Shown: positions 42,021 through 54,217 of the stretch, in pieces
How positions within the stretch are numbered: position 1 is the stretch's first letter
Layout: each line of letters begins with the position of its first letter
Assembly (NCBI GenBank): GCA_964016885.1
Contig: OZ024754.1
Location: 38,502,001-38,566,000 of the forward strand
Direction of reading: 5' to 3'
DNA from: Eledone cirrhosa
Taxonomy: Eukaryota
Length of the DNA stretch: 64,000 nt
Program-made: the position numbers and the translations under genes
The notes under the pieces: generated by a model
Seen by the model: only the letters and a program-made list of their open reading frames with translations
Databases searched by the model: none
Told to the model about the DNA's origin: nothing

Positions 42021-42817
42021 AGGGGTTTTAGTCCATTAGTCAAGAGTTGTATATTAGGTTTATTGGTCCAGGGATGTATAATAAATTAGGGGGAGAATAA
42101 AAACTATAAGATTTTTCTTTTTCTTTTTTTTTTATTCTTCATTCATTATTTCTTCTTTTGTTATATAATCAACTGATTATATAATAGCAAGCTTTCATTC
42201 CTTATCATAACCACTAACTATAATTGTTTCTACTTTTGGCACAAGGCCAGCAATAATCCCAGTGTATTACTGGTACTTTATTTTATCGATCCCGTAAGGA
42301 TGAAAGGCAAAGTTAACCTCGGCAGGATTTGAACTCGGCCCGTAAAGGGCTGTAACTCATAGCTCTATGCTGCAAAGCATGGCATCCGACCCTCTACCAA
42401 TACTGCCAATCCACCGCTCTTCTCATCATAATCAAGAACTATTATATGTTAAAGTTTTGTTTTTCACTGCTGACATAAGTTGATTGGCTTTGTAGACTCA
42501 TAGTTTCTTTTGATATACATCTGTCCCTTAGCCATTCCATGTGTGAGACCTTAATTTTCTGAGGTATGACAGGTGCAATACCTTGTGTATTCCTTTGATT
42601 ATCTGTGCTTTATCTATCATCTCTTTACCTCCTTCAACTACTCCAGTTTATTTCCATCCTCTTTCTCCTATGAAGCCCTACCACCATTAACTATCCTCTA
42701 CAGGTAACTGTAATATTTGAAACTTCTGAATATAACTATAATACTATAAAGCCTTTATTTCCTAACGGTTTATCTGTCTCCCCACTCTCCTCATACAGAC
42801 ACACACATATATGAATA

Positions 42818-43062
42818 AAGTGTAATTGTCAGAAGAAGTAATAGAACATTGTTTATCACTTGGGTCAAAAAAATATAATAGAATGTTTATAATTTGAATT
42901 TAGTGCTTTCATCTTTTAAGAAATTTATCAAGACATAAGCTGGCATCTTGATAAGTCTTGTGAAAGATGAAAGCACTAGATTCAAATTATAAACATTTTA
43001 TTATATTTTTTTTTTAACCCAAGTGAGAAACTGTTCTATAACTTCTTCTGACAATTACACTT
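42818..43062. repeat. About 245-bp imperfect palindrome
   Basis: AAGTGTAATTGTCAGAAGAAGT...ACTTCTTCTGACAATTACACTT arms of about 115 bp each with an approximately 11-bp spacer. Confidence 0.9.
42945..42981 (+). ncRNA. Hammerhead-like motif (U3-A8 variant) at the centre of a palindrome
   Basis: ATC-TTGATAA-GTCTT-GTGA-AAGAT-GAAA-GCAC-T-A-GAT. Stem I is only 3 bp. Confidence 0.4.
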
Positions 43063-43364
43063 ATCAAGAAATATAGAATCAAAAGGTTGTAATAAATAAG
43101 AGAAAAACACTACTTTGAGAGAGAAAAGAGAAACAGGCCTGCTAACAAGACCCAAACCACTATATAACTCATCAAAAGACAGTTTTGTTAAGTAATGTTC
43201 TAAATATCAGTTTACTAATGAAAAACTTAGTTATTTTATAAAATTTCTCAAAATGTTTGATTATCTTCAAAATCAACAGAAACACATAAGCAGTGTCTAT
43301 CATTAGAAATACAGTAATAAATACAGTAATTAAAGAGTTAATTAGTTTCTTATTTTACTTGTAG

Positions 43365-43490
43365 TATCCACATTTTTTGAAACGAGACGGCAGTAAACTA
43401 CAAGTGATGCTGCAACGAAGGAAGAAGTATAAAAACCGCACAATGTTAGGTTACAGGACATTAGCGGTTGGAGAAGTAAATATGTCACAG
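43365..43490 (+). CDS. PACS: PACS homologue exon C (not in ORF track)
   Basis: ttgtag| ... CAG|gtaaga, 126 bp. [42 protein letters not shown] versus PACS1 [42 protein letters not shown]. Confidence 0.96.
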
Positions 43491-43542
43491 GTAAGAAATC
43501 AGTTTTCCTCTATTTTCCCCGTTTGTCAATGAATTTCTTTGT

Positions 43543-44255
43543 CTTTGATGTCTGTCAGCTGTACCCCCTGGAAACGAACTGGTTGACCCTTCCTCGTGTA
43601 CCCTCTAAAGCTCTCACATCTGGCTACTACTGGGGTGTGTAAGGAGTTCTGGGTAGAGATAATAGCTTTGATGTCTGTCAACTGCACCCCCTGAACTGGT
43701 TGACCATTCCTCATGAACCCTCTAAAACAGTCATGGGTAAACTGAGGCCTGTGAGCCACATGCAACCCATTTGTCTTTCTGAGTTAAACACCTAATTTCA
43801 AAATTGCCCTGACTTTCCTAGTAGTGTGGCCCACGTAATGATGAACCACATCCTATGTGGGCCACTGCTTGAAAAAGGTTGCCCATGACTGCTGTAAAGC
43901 TCTCACATTTGGTTCCTAGTGAGAGTGTAAGGAGCTCTGGGTAGAGGTAGTAGCTTTGACCCCCTTATGAGTGTTCAGGTTTACCACTCCTCATCCAACC
44001 CTTAAAGCTTTCATGTCTGGTTCCTAGTGAGGGTATAAGAGTTTCTTGGTCGAGGTAGCATCTTTGATGTCTGATAGCTGCAATTCTTGTGAGTAGACTG
44101 GTTTACCAGTCCTCATCCAACCCTTAAAGCTTTCATGTCTGGTTCCTAGTGAGGGTATAAGAGTTTCTTGGTTGAGGTAGCATCTTTGATGTCTGATAGC
44201 TGCAATTCTTGGGAGTAGACTGGTTTACCAGTCCTCATCCAATCCCTAAGGCTCG
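43543..44255. repeat. Diverged about 122-bp tandem repeat in the short intron between exons C and D
   Basis: CTTTGATGTCTG..GCTG(T/C)A..ACTGGTT..CCTC..CCC..AAAGCT recurs at about 43543, 43665, 43953 (partial), 44062 and 44184. Confidence 0.8.
43728..43891. mobile_element. hAT (Charlie-like) MITE
   Basis: TIRs CAGTCATGGGTAAACT / AGGTTGCCCATGACTG, with an 8-bp TSD CTCTAAAA / CTGTAAAG. Confidence 0.8.
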
Positions 44256-44758
44256 CACAGCTGTCTCCTAATGCCACACCTTTGTAGACCACTTTAGCTG
44301 GGGAGTTAATTATTGTTGAGGCAGTTGTAGGGACGCTGTATTGATATATAGTGTTTCTAGGGCACTTTCTTTTAAACCTAGCAGAGCCCATCCCTCTCCA
44401 GGTCAGAATATAGCAGATTTCTTCCAGAGAGTGAGAGATATAAAGATATAGAGGAAACATCACCCTTAGCACTTGGTTGGTACTTTTTTTATCGACCTAA
44501 AATGGATGAAAGACAAAGCTGACCTCGGCGAGATTAGAATTTAGAGAGCAGAGAGCCGAAATGAAAACCGCAAAGCATTCTATCTGATGTTCTAACAACT
44601 CTGTCAATTCGCTGCTCATCTATGTTGATAAACCATTAACTTATCTGCACACTCTCAGTTGAAAAAGCCAGTACTATGAATTTCTTAAATGTCTCTGTCA
44701 ACAAATGTCAACTGTTGGTAACTGTTGTCATTTTTTTATCTTTCTATTTTGTCTGTAG

Positions 44759-44915
44759 GTACTGCAGCGAGCTGTTGATAAAGAATTAAACCTTTACAGT
44801 GATCTAAAAGAGCAGTCGACGGTGGTAGCCCAAGTGATAATGCTGTCATTAACTAGTCAACCCGTTGACCATGAAGATAATGGTACAAGGAAGCATCCTA
44901 TCTCATCTGATGTCG
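44759..44915 (+). CDS. PACS: PACS homologue exon D (3' end probably at a GC donor; alternative end 44882)
   Basis: ctgtag| acceptor. VLQRAVDKELNLYSDLKEQSTVVAQVIMLSLTSQPVDHEDNGTRKHPISSDV-G, where SLTSQPVDHE matches PACS SLSSQPIDHE. Exon E needs a phase 1 end, given by TCG|gcaagt (44915) or ATG|gtacaa (44882). Confidence 0.88.
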
Positions 44916-45532
44916 GCAAGTTCTTCCTTCCATTGACATTATTCTTTTTTATTTTTTTATTTAAAAAAAAATTGTTTTACACTTGTAAATATGGTTGGCG
45001 TTAGGAAGGGCATCCAGCCATAGAAACCATGTCTGGAACAGTGCTGTATGAGTAAGACATGGTCAACTGACCTGACAGGTCTCATAATGTGACAACTCAC
45101 CTAACCATGGAAAATAGATGTTAAACGGTGGTGGTGGTGGTGGTGGTGGTTAATTTTTTTTCTTTGTTCATTAACTGCCTGGCCCCTTTTCTGCTTATGG
45201 AAGCATTCAAGCCAGATCTCCAGGCTGAGGGATTGAATTAATGTTTCAGAGGCCCAACATCTGACCCACATATGTGCTGTCTCTTCTGCCAGTACCGCAA
45301 TAGTCTCTATCCCTCAGAGCTTGCTAGTCTCATTCCACTTGCACTTAGGTATTTGCAACACACTCATCATAAAAACACAACATAGAGTTTCACCTCCAGC
45401 GTTTCATTACGTCAGTCATCACAGAAAAGTATGTATACTCACACACATATACTGGTCATCAATTATGTATATGTAGGTGTAGATGTGTGTAGATGTTTAA
45501 TTCTCTGTGTATCTGATTAAATATTTACACGA

Positions 45533-45566
<34 letters not shown>

Positions 45567-47352
45567 CTTACTAAGGTGTAACGTACATAACAAACGCGCA
45601 AACACACACACACTCACAGACACATACTCATATACAAAATGTGAAGTCGTCGTCGTGTTATAAAATATCTGTTTACTTATATTTGTCTATAGTAGAATAT
45701 TTTAGATAAAATATTATATCGTTTTAATCCAAATGAAAATAAAAATTACATGTTAATTCTGGGGTCTAATACTATTACTTTGTAACATTTGATTTGATTT
45801 GGTCGAACTGTTTGAGAGTGCATAAGGAAAATACAGACTGAGAGACAAAGAATTTTATATATAGAGAGAGATGTAAGATGGGTTCTGTTTTGGCTATTGG
45901 TTTGATAAATGTGATTGTCTAGCCTGATGGAATGATAAATATCAGAGATAATTGTAAGATAAGAAGTGATTGAACAACTTGCTTTAATGATAATGTCCAG
46001 TGATGTGTTAGGGGGGAGATAGGAAAAGAAATGCTGCTTAAAGGTTAACTGCTGTGAAATGTTCAATCTAAGCTAGAAAATAACTATGAAGTCAAGACGG
46101 ACATTTGTACTATTACAGTTTTATAGACTTGTCCAAGTTAAATTATCTTAGAGAAGTGAGTGTGTTAGAGAGAGAGTGTGTGTATGTGTCTGAGAGAGAG
46201 AGTGTGTGTGTGTGTGTGTGAGAGAGAGAGTGTGTGTGTGTGTGAGAGAGTGTGTGTGTCTGAGAGAGAGAGACTGTGTATGTGTCTGAGAGAGAGAGAC
46301 TGTGTATGTGTGTGAGAGAGTGTGTGTGTGTGAGAGAGTGTGTGTGTGTGTGAGAGAGTGTGTGTGTGTGTGTCTGAGAGCGAGTGAGTGTGTGTGTCTG
46401 AGAGAGAGAGTGTTTGTGTGTGTCTAAGAGAGAGAGTGTGTGTGTGAGAGAGAGATGTGAGCAGGGCAGTGGCCATGAGCAGGGCAGTGGCCGTGAACAG
46501 GACAGTGGCCGTAAGCAGGGCAGTGGCCGCCAAAAGTTTGATGTATACTTTCTCTTGGTGTAAGTCTGGTGTATACTTTCTCTTCTCTGTGTCTCACATC
46601 ATTATGTCTTCTTTACAGTTATCGACAGGAACATTTCACCAACATTCATTCATATTATGGGAAACGTGTGTGCATATGTTTGTGTTTGTGTATGTATGTA
46701 TGCTCAGGTATGTGTGTAGCTATGTTTAGGTATGTTTCTGTGTGTGTTCAGGCATGTGTGTGTATGGTGTATTTATATGTATGTTTCGGTATATGTTTGT
46801 ATGCTGTGTAAGTTAGCTGTCTGTGTATATGTGTGTGTGTGTGTATGTGTATATATGTGTGTGTGTGTGTGTAGAAAGAGTAACTGAGAAATTTGCCAGT
46901 ATGTACACAGAAGCATGAACTGTTGCCAGAAACCATTTCAAAATAGATTCAATGATGAGGGTCATTAGAAGTAGGTCCTCTCTGTTGAAAGGTGATGTCT
47001 GAAGAGAAACATAAATGGATTACTTCATCTTTTTTAGTTCAATCTCCGTCATCAATAATGGAAGGGGTCAGCGAAAGGCACAACTGTGTGTGTGTGTGTA
47101 GACTGTAGTGATATATAGTATTTCTTGGACATTTAAAACCCAATAGAGCACTTCCCTTATCAGGATTTGAACTCAGAATAAATACTGCGAAGCATTCCAT
47201 CTGATGCCCTCATAACTTTGCCAATTCCCTGCCGCATATATGTAAAATCATGACTGATTTTACATATCTCTACACCCACTCTACATCTCTCCATGCATTG
47301 AGTACTCCCATGATTAGTTGTCTCCTTGGTCTGAACACTGCATACTCTCTCA

Positions 47353-47397
<45 letters not shown>

Positions 47398-47400
<3 letters not shown>

Positions 47401-47595
47401 ATGTTCAAGACCCCAATGGCAGAGCTCAAGCCGTTTTGACGGCTATTTCTGGAGTCCAGAAATAGCTGTCGAAACAGCTTGAGCTCTGCCGTCGGAGTCT
47501 TGAACATTTTCTTATTACCCACTCTACTACTCTAAGTATTGAGTACTCTGGTGCGTTATGGTCCATCTGGTTCCTTACCACACTTCCTTTGTTAT
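47398..47595 (+). mobile_element. Palindrome-headed element inserted in (TA)n; second copy at 25120-25255
   Basis: Inverted repeat at about 47398-47510 centred on TGGAGTCCA. The body is shared with 25120-25255 (TATTACCCACTCTACTAC..AAGTATTGAGTACT..GGTGCGTTATGGTCCA..GGTTCCTTACCAC). Both copies are flanked by TA runs. Confidence 0.65.
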
Positions 47596-47886
47596 ATATA
47601 TATATATAGGAGGTGAGTTTTATTGTAGCACAATAAAGCAATGCAAATATCGAATAAGTAGCACTCCACACTCTATATTTTATATATATATATATAGATA
47701 ATTTAATATATCAACTAACATAAGCGCACAGATGCACGTCCATGCCAGCAAATACACAGGTTATGTCATAGTACCTAGGTGGTTCAATGCAGGAGGATGC
47801 AGAACAATAATATAAAAGACGTAAAATAAGAAAATATTTTTAAAAAAAATTTTTTTTAAATTTTTTACTTACTTACTTAAATTTTC

Positions 47887-47968
47887 ACTCCAACTAATTA
47901 GTTTCTGCAATGGAATAAAGACAGTTACGTAATCCAACTGTCGAGAATTCATTGCGTCATCAGGGAGT
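47887..47968 (-). ncRNA. Type I hammerhead ribozyme motif (Penelope/retrozyme-like)
   Basis: Minus strand reads ACTCC-CTGATGA-c-GCAATG..GACAGTT..AACTGTC..CATTGC-a-GAA-ACTAATTAGT-T-GGAGT. This gives a 5-bp stem I, an intact core, a long stem II with a C.A mismatch at its base, a palindromic stem III and a GUU cleavage triplet. Confidence 0.7.
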
Positions 47969-48110
47969 CTATTCTCAGCTAAGTCTCCAGGCAATGCGCG
48001 GACACTGGCGGCTCATATAAAAATAATAATAATTCGGTAGATAGAACAGCTGGCGAGGACTGGATTCCATGTACTGAAATTCTCACTGCTTCTAGTCAAA
48101 TGGCCGATTC

Positions 48111-48206
<96 letters not shown>

Positions 48207-48276
48207 GAGAGAGAGAGTACCTTACTTACTGTGGTTACCCCTGATTGAACCTGGGATAAACTTATATATATATATA

Positions 48277-48443
48277 CCGAATTTCCCCACGTCGAAGATG
48301 CTAATTTTTTCTCAAATAAGTCTCAACAATCTACTGTGAGTCCTGGAGACCGAAGCTTGTTTATTATTCTTTTTCAAATTTTTGCTTGTCAAAATTGGGG
48401 TACGTCCTCGAGGACGAAGTATCTTCGGCACCAGGAAATACGG
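48277..48443. mobile_element. Tc1/mariner-superfamily (pogo/Tc2-like) MITE
   Basis: TA|CCGAATTTCC..CGAAGATGCT ... AGTATCTTCG..GGAAATACGG|TA. Confidence 0.7.
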
Positions 48444-48851
48444 TACACATATATATATATATAACAAAATAAAACAAACGACACTGTACAATAAGGAAAT
48501 ATATTAGTTTAACGCTTGTGGGGGAAGAGGTGGAGGAGGCGGAGGATGGAGAGATGCAATGAGGATTAGGTGCAAATAAGAGGAAATAGGCATTTCTCTT
48601 CACTTTTACTGTTAATGACCTTGGGAAAGGTGTGAACATCACAGTTCTCTCCCTCCCTTCAACCTCCTCCTCCTCCCACCACTACTACTACTACTACTAC
48701 TTAGACAACAATTGGTTGTTCACTCATTGATGGATTTATCTGATTAACAAATGTCAAGCAGTTAACAATTATGTGATTTAAAGTTCATTTAAAATATAAG
48801 AAGAAATTAATGATTCAGTCTGGAGGTGGGATTATGTTCATGACCTTCACA

Positions 48852-48942
<91 letters not shown>

Positions 48943-49083
48943 TCTCTCTCTCATGCTCTCTCTAACGTTAATATGATCAATCTGTAGGTGGGACGGTGTT
49001 GACTTTCACAGACTCTCTCTCTCCATCCATTTCTCGCTCCCTCTCGTTAATGTGATCAATCTGTAGGTTGAACTGTGTTTATG

Positions 49084-49184
<101 letters not shown>

Positions 49185-49489
49185 TTTGTGTGATTGATTC
49201 TGTTTATACTCTGGACTGATACTTTGTTTTATCATCTCTTTGTGATAAGATAATATATCATCAATAAGCTGTGGATTACATTCCTTGTAGTATTTGTTTC
49301 AGCCCTTTATGTTCTGTGTTCAAATCCTACTGTAGTCTATTTGGGTGGTAGACTTAATCTGTCACCTGGTTTAACATCATTATGTGACCCTTCAGTATCT
49401 GAAATAGAGTCTGTTACAAACATTCCACTCAGGTCTCCAGATTGATGACACCTTCCTCCCTCCAGTCAGAGAAGCTCTAAAATGGATCT

Positions 49490-50035
49490 TCGTCGTTATT
49501 GTCGTTAGATGCTAAACCCCGCCAGTTGCAGACTGCGCATCAACATGAGATATTTTCCTCCACAAAATTTGATCACCAACAGCAGAGTTTAAACAGCAAA
49601 GATCAAGTCCAGTCCATAGGTTGAAATTATCGACCCATCGTTTTGGCTGCCAGCCTCTGCTTCTCTTATCAGCCAACCTTCCTTCCAGGCATAACCTACT
49701 CACAGCACGAGTTGATCTTTTTATGTAGACGTATAGTTTGAGTACTCTTGACTTGATAATTGATGTAATTGGATGTTGAGCAGCTCACTGATACAGATAC
49801 GGTCACTGAGCCACTTACCAATCATAAGTCTCATGATGTGGTTCTGGAATGTAGAGAGCTTCTGAAGTGACCTTGTCGTCCAATTAACACAATCAAGACC
49901 ATATAACACAACTGGTAGAATGTAAATATCGAAGATAGCCTTCAAATGATAGGAAACTCTTTTTGATGTCTTCCTTGTTCTTGTTGAAAGCAGCCCAACC
50001 TTGAGCAATGCAATACTGCGCAGCAACCATTCCAT
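49490..50035 (-). mobile_element. Degenerate RTE-like LINE 3' fragment
   Basis: IFDIYILPVVLYGLDC..KLSTFQNHIMR and LEGRLADKRSRGWQPKRWVDN. Confidence 0.75.
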
Positions 50036-50429
50036 GGATCATGGTTGATCCCCAATCATTCTGTTTTAATTTTGACTTCTATTTTACATGCTGTATATAC
50101 TCATATACAAGTTGCAGTAGTAGATAATTCACAGCCGCCTTTGTGTTTATAACATTTTGGCTTCGGGCTTCAACCTGTATATATTTCATATATTAACTTT
50201 TGTAAATACTGTTTGCAACTTTGCTTGTGGTTTTGTTGAACTAAAACAACTGCTGAAATAATCTTAGCCATTGCCAAACAGCCTGTGTTTCTATGATGTG
50301 TGCCCAGAATGTCACTGTTGATTGATAGATAACATTAAACATAGGACTATAGATAGCCTATAAAGAATGGTGCATATATGTGTTGAAAGCATGTACACAT
50401 GTACACAAATTCATGTGACTATGTATCAT

Positions 50430-50810
50430 CACAGGAACAACAGCAGAAGTGGTGAAAAAACTAAAATCTTAACTGATTCCCAAGATGCTATGCTAAATGA
50501 AGGGCAAGAAAAATCCCTACATGGCTAATATCTCCCAAAATCTGAATAAGGAGGAAGCAGACAAGCCAAATTCACAACAGTGGTTAAGAAGTGCTTGACT
50601 TAAAGCTGTGACTAAAGGAATTTTAATTGCAGCATAAGATCAAAGCCTTGTAATTAAAAACCACTAAAAGTACACAATGTAATCTAACGAAGTAGGCAAC
50701 TACAAAATATGTGGAGGTAATGAAGAAACAATTAACCACATTATTTCTGGCTGCCCAGTCTTAGCCAGAAAAAGAACATATTCACAGATATGACAGAATT
50801 GGGATTTACC
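50430..50810 (+). mobile_element. Degenerate R4/Dong-like (RLE-type) non-LTR fragment, zinc-knuckle region
   Basis: QQWLRSA*LKAVTKGILIAA*DQSL..ICGGNEETINHIISGCPVLA..HRYD. Confidence 0.7.
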
Positions 50811-50977
50811 GGGCTGCTGAAAAGTTCCTGGTTTTAACCCTTTAGCATTTAAATCAGCTGTATCTGGCCAGAATTCTCTAGGTGGGATTTGAACTCAGAA
50901 TATAAACGATAATAACAATAAAAATAACGCTATTTATCTGTGTATACATCTAATATACACATGGAAACAATCATGCA

Positions 50978-51347
50978 GTCATACATACCCCGTCATACAT
51001 GCCCCATCATACATACCCTGCCATACATACCCTGTCATACATGCCCCATCATACATACCCTGTCATACACACCCCGTCATACACACCGTCATACATTCCC
51101 CATCATACACACCCCGTCATACATACCCCGTCATATACACCCCGTCATACATGCTCCGTCATACATGCCCCATCATACATACCCTGCCATACATACCCTG
51201 TCATACACACCCCGTCATACACACCCCGTCATATATACCCTGTCATACACACCCCGTCATACACACCCCGTCATATATACCTCGTCATACACACCCCGTC
51301 ATACACACCCCGTCATACACACCCCGTCATACATACCCCGTCATACA
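50978..51347. repeat. 14-bp minisatellite (CATACACACCCCGT)
   Basis: Direct inspection. Confidence 0.9.
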
Positions 51348-51404
51348 TAGATACATACATATGTAAGCACATGTATTTTACAACTACACCATTAGCATCA
51401 GTGA

Positions 51405-51700
51405 AGTTGTGTGGCTTTGTGGTTAGAGTATTTGGCTCATCACCGTAAGGCCGTGAGTTCGATTCCCAGTGGTGTATTGTGTCCTTCAGCAAGACACTTT
51501 ATTTCATGTTGCTCCAGTCCACTCACCTGGCAAAAATGAGTTGTACTTGTAATTCAAAGGACCAGTCTTGTCACATTCTGTGTTACCCTGAATCTCCCTG
51601 AGAACTATGTTATAGGTACTCGTGTATGTAGAATGCTCAGCCACTTGCACATTAATTTCATGAGCAGGCTGTCCTGTTGATCGTATCAATTGGAACACCA
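51405..51700 (+). mobile_element. SINE with CORE-like segment, third body type (also 4283-4600)
   Basis: Shares GTAGAATGCTCAGCCACTTGCA..TTAATTTCATGAG with 4500-4540. Confidence 0.75.
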
Positions 51701-53435
51701 CAAGTACACCAGACCAGTACATCAGTACACCACACAACTACCACCACCACCACTAATATACCACACTACACCACCAAACCACCAGTACACCAGACCAGTA
51801 CTATCAGTACACCACACAACTACCAATACCACACTACCAATACACCAGACCACCACACCACCAATACACCAGACCACCACACCAGTACTATCAATACACC
51901 AGACCACCACACCACACCACCAATACACCAGTATACCAGACCAGTACTATCAGTACATCAGATCACTACCACCACCACACTACCAATACACCACACCACC
52001 AATACACCAGACCACCACACCACACCACCAATACACCACCACACCACACCACCAATACACCATCACACCACACCACCAATACATCACCACACCACACCGC
52101 ACCACACCACGCCACACCACCAATACACCAGTACACCAGACCACCAGACCAGTACTATCAGTACACCACACCAGTACTACCAGTACACCACACCAGTACA
52201 CCACACCACACCACCAATACACCAGTACACCACCAGACCAGTACTACCAGTACACCACACCAGTACACCACACCACACCACCAATACACCAGTACACCAG
52301 ACCATCACACCAATACACCAGACCACCACACCAGTACACCAGACCATCACACCAATACACCAGACCACCACACCAGTACACCAGACCACCACACCAGTAC
52401 ACCAGACCACCAGACCAGTACTACCAGTACACCACACCAGTACACCACACCACACCACCAATACACCAGTACACCAGACCATCACACCAGTACACCAGAC
52501 CACCACACCAGTACACCAGACCACCACACCAGTACTACCAGTACACCACAGCAGTACACCACACCACACCACCAATACACCACACCACACCACCAACACA
52601 CCAGACCACCACACCACACCACCAATACACCACACCACACCACCAACACACCAGTACACCACCAGACCAGTACTACCAGTACACCACACCAGTACACCAC
52701 ACCACACCACCAATACACCAGACCACCACACCACACCACCAATACACCAATACACCACACCACACCACCAATACACCAGACCACCACACCACACCACCAA
52801 TACACCAATACACCACACCACACCACCAATACACCAGACCACCACACCACACCACCAATACACCAATACACCACACCACACCACCAATACACCAGACCAC
52901 CACACCACACCACCAATACACCAATACACCACACCACACCACCAATACACCAGACCACCACACCACACCACCAATACACCAATACACCACACCACACCAC
53001 CAATACACCAGACCACCACACCACACCACCAATACACCAATACACCACACCACACCACCAACACACCAGTACACCACCAGACCAGTACTATCAGTACACC
53101 ACACCAGTACACCACACCACACCACCAATACACCAATACACCACACCACACCACCAACACACCAGTACACCACCAGACCAGTACTACCAGTACACCACAC
53201 CAGTACACCACACCACCAATACACCAGACCACCACACCACCAATACACCAATACACCACACCACACCACCAACACACCAGTACACCACCAGACCAGTACT
53301 ACCAGTACACTACACCACACCACACCACCAACACACCAGTACACCACCAGACCAGTACTATCAGTACACCACACCAATACACCACACCACACCACCAACA
53401 CACCAGTACACCACCAGACCAGTACTATCAGTACA
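51700..53435. repeat. Complex CACCA/CAGTA/CAATA satellite
   Basis: Direct inspection. The T/H/P-rich ORFs are artefacts. Confidence 0.95.
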
Positions 53436-54217
53436 TATACAGCTATTGTTTAGTCAGGAAGAAAGACAACAGTTGGTGGGAAAGGATGTCTGAAGTGTGA
53501 AGTTGATAATAATGGCTGATGGTAGCTACTGGTGTAGTGGTGGTGGTGGTGGTGGTGGTTGCTGCTGCTGATGTAGTAGCTTTGTATGGTGGTGGTGGTG
53601 GTGGTAGCTATTGATGTGGCAGCTTTGTATGGTGGTGGTGGTGGTGGCAGTGGCGGTGGCCATCGTCGTAGTGGTGGTGGTGGTGGTGGTAGTAGTCATG
53701 GTGGTAGTGGTGGTTGTAGGATGGGGTGTTATTGAAACAATGTTGTGGTGATGGTGGTGGTGGCGGTGGTAGTGGTGGTGGTGGCGGTGGTGGTGGTAGT
53801 GGCGGTGGTGGTGGTGGTAGTGGCGGTGGTGGTGGGTTGTTATTGTAGTAGTAGTGGTAATGGTAATACTGAAGGGAAAGGTGTGTGCCTCATGTGAGAA
53901 AAGTGCATGGTTTATTGGAGCGAGACATGGGAGATAAATGTGGGTGTCTAGTGGAGGAGCGGGGTATCGTCTAGAGAGAGGAAGACAAACAGCAATTGCA
54001 GAGGATGATGGGTGTTGTGATGTGTAATGGAATGAGATGGTTGGGTCATGTGTTGAGGAAGTATGAAAGTGACAGGCTTAGAGGAATAGAACTAGTGGTG
54101 AATGTTGTGAAGAGAAATGGAATGAGATGGTTAGGTCATGTGTTGAGGAAGTATGAAACTGACTGGATGACTAGTGATGGAAATGAATGTGGGAGGAGAC
54201 AGAGAATGTGATGGACA

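Noticed and set aside
40649-42022. 457-aa 13-aa repeat ORF with an upstream tttttgcag acceptor-like site
   Set aside because: A 39-bp minisatellite. PACS exons B and C already join without any missing sequence.
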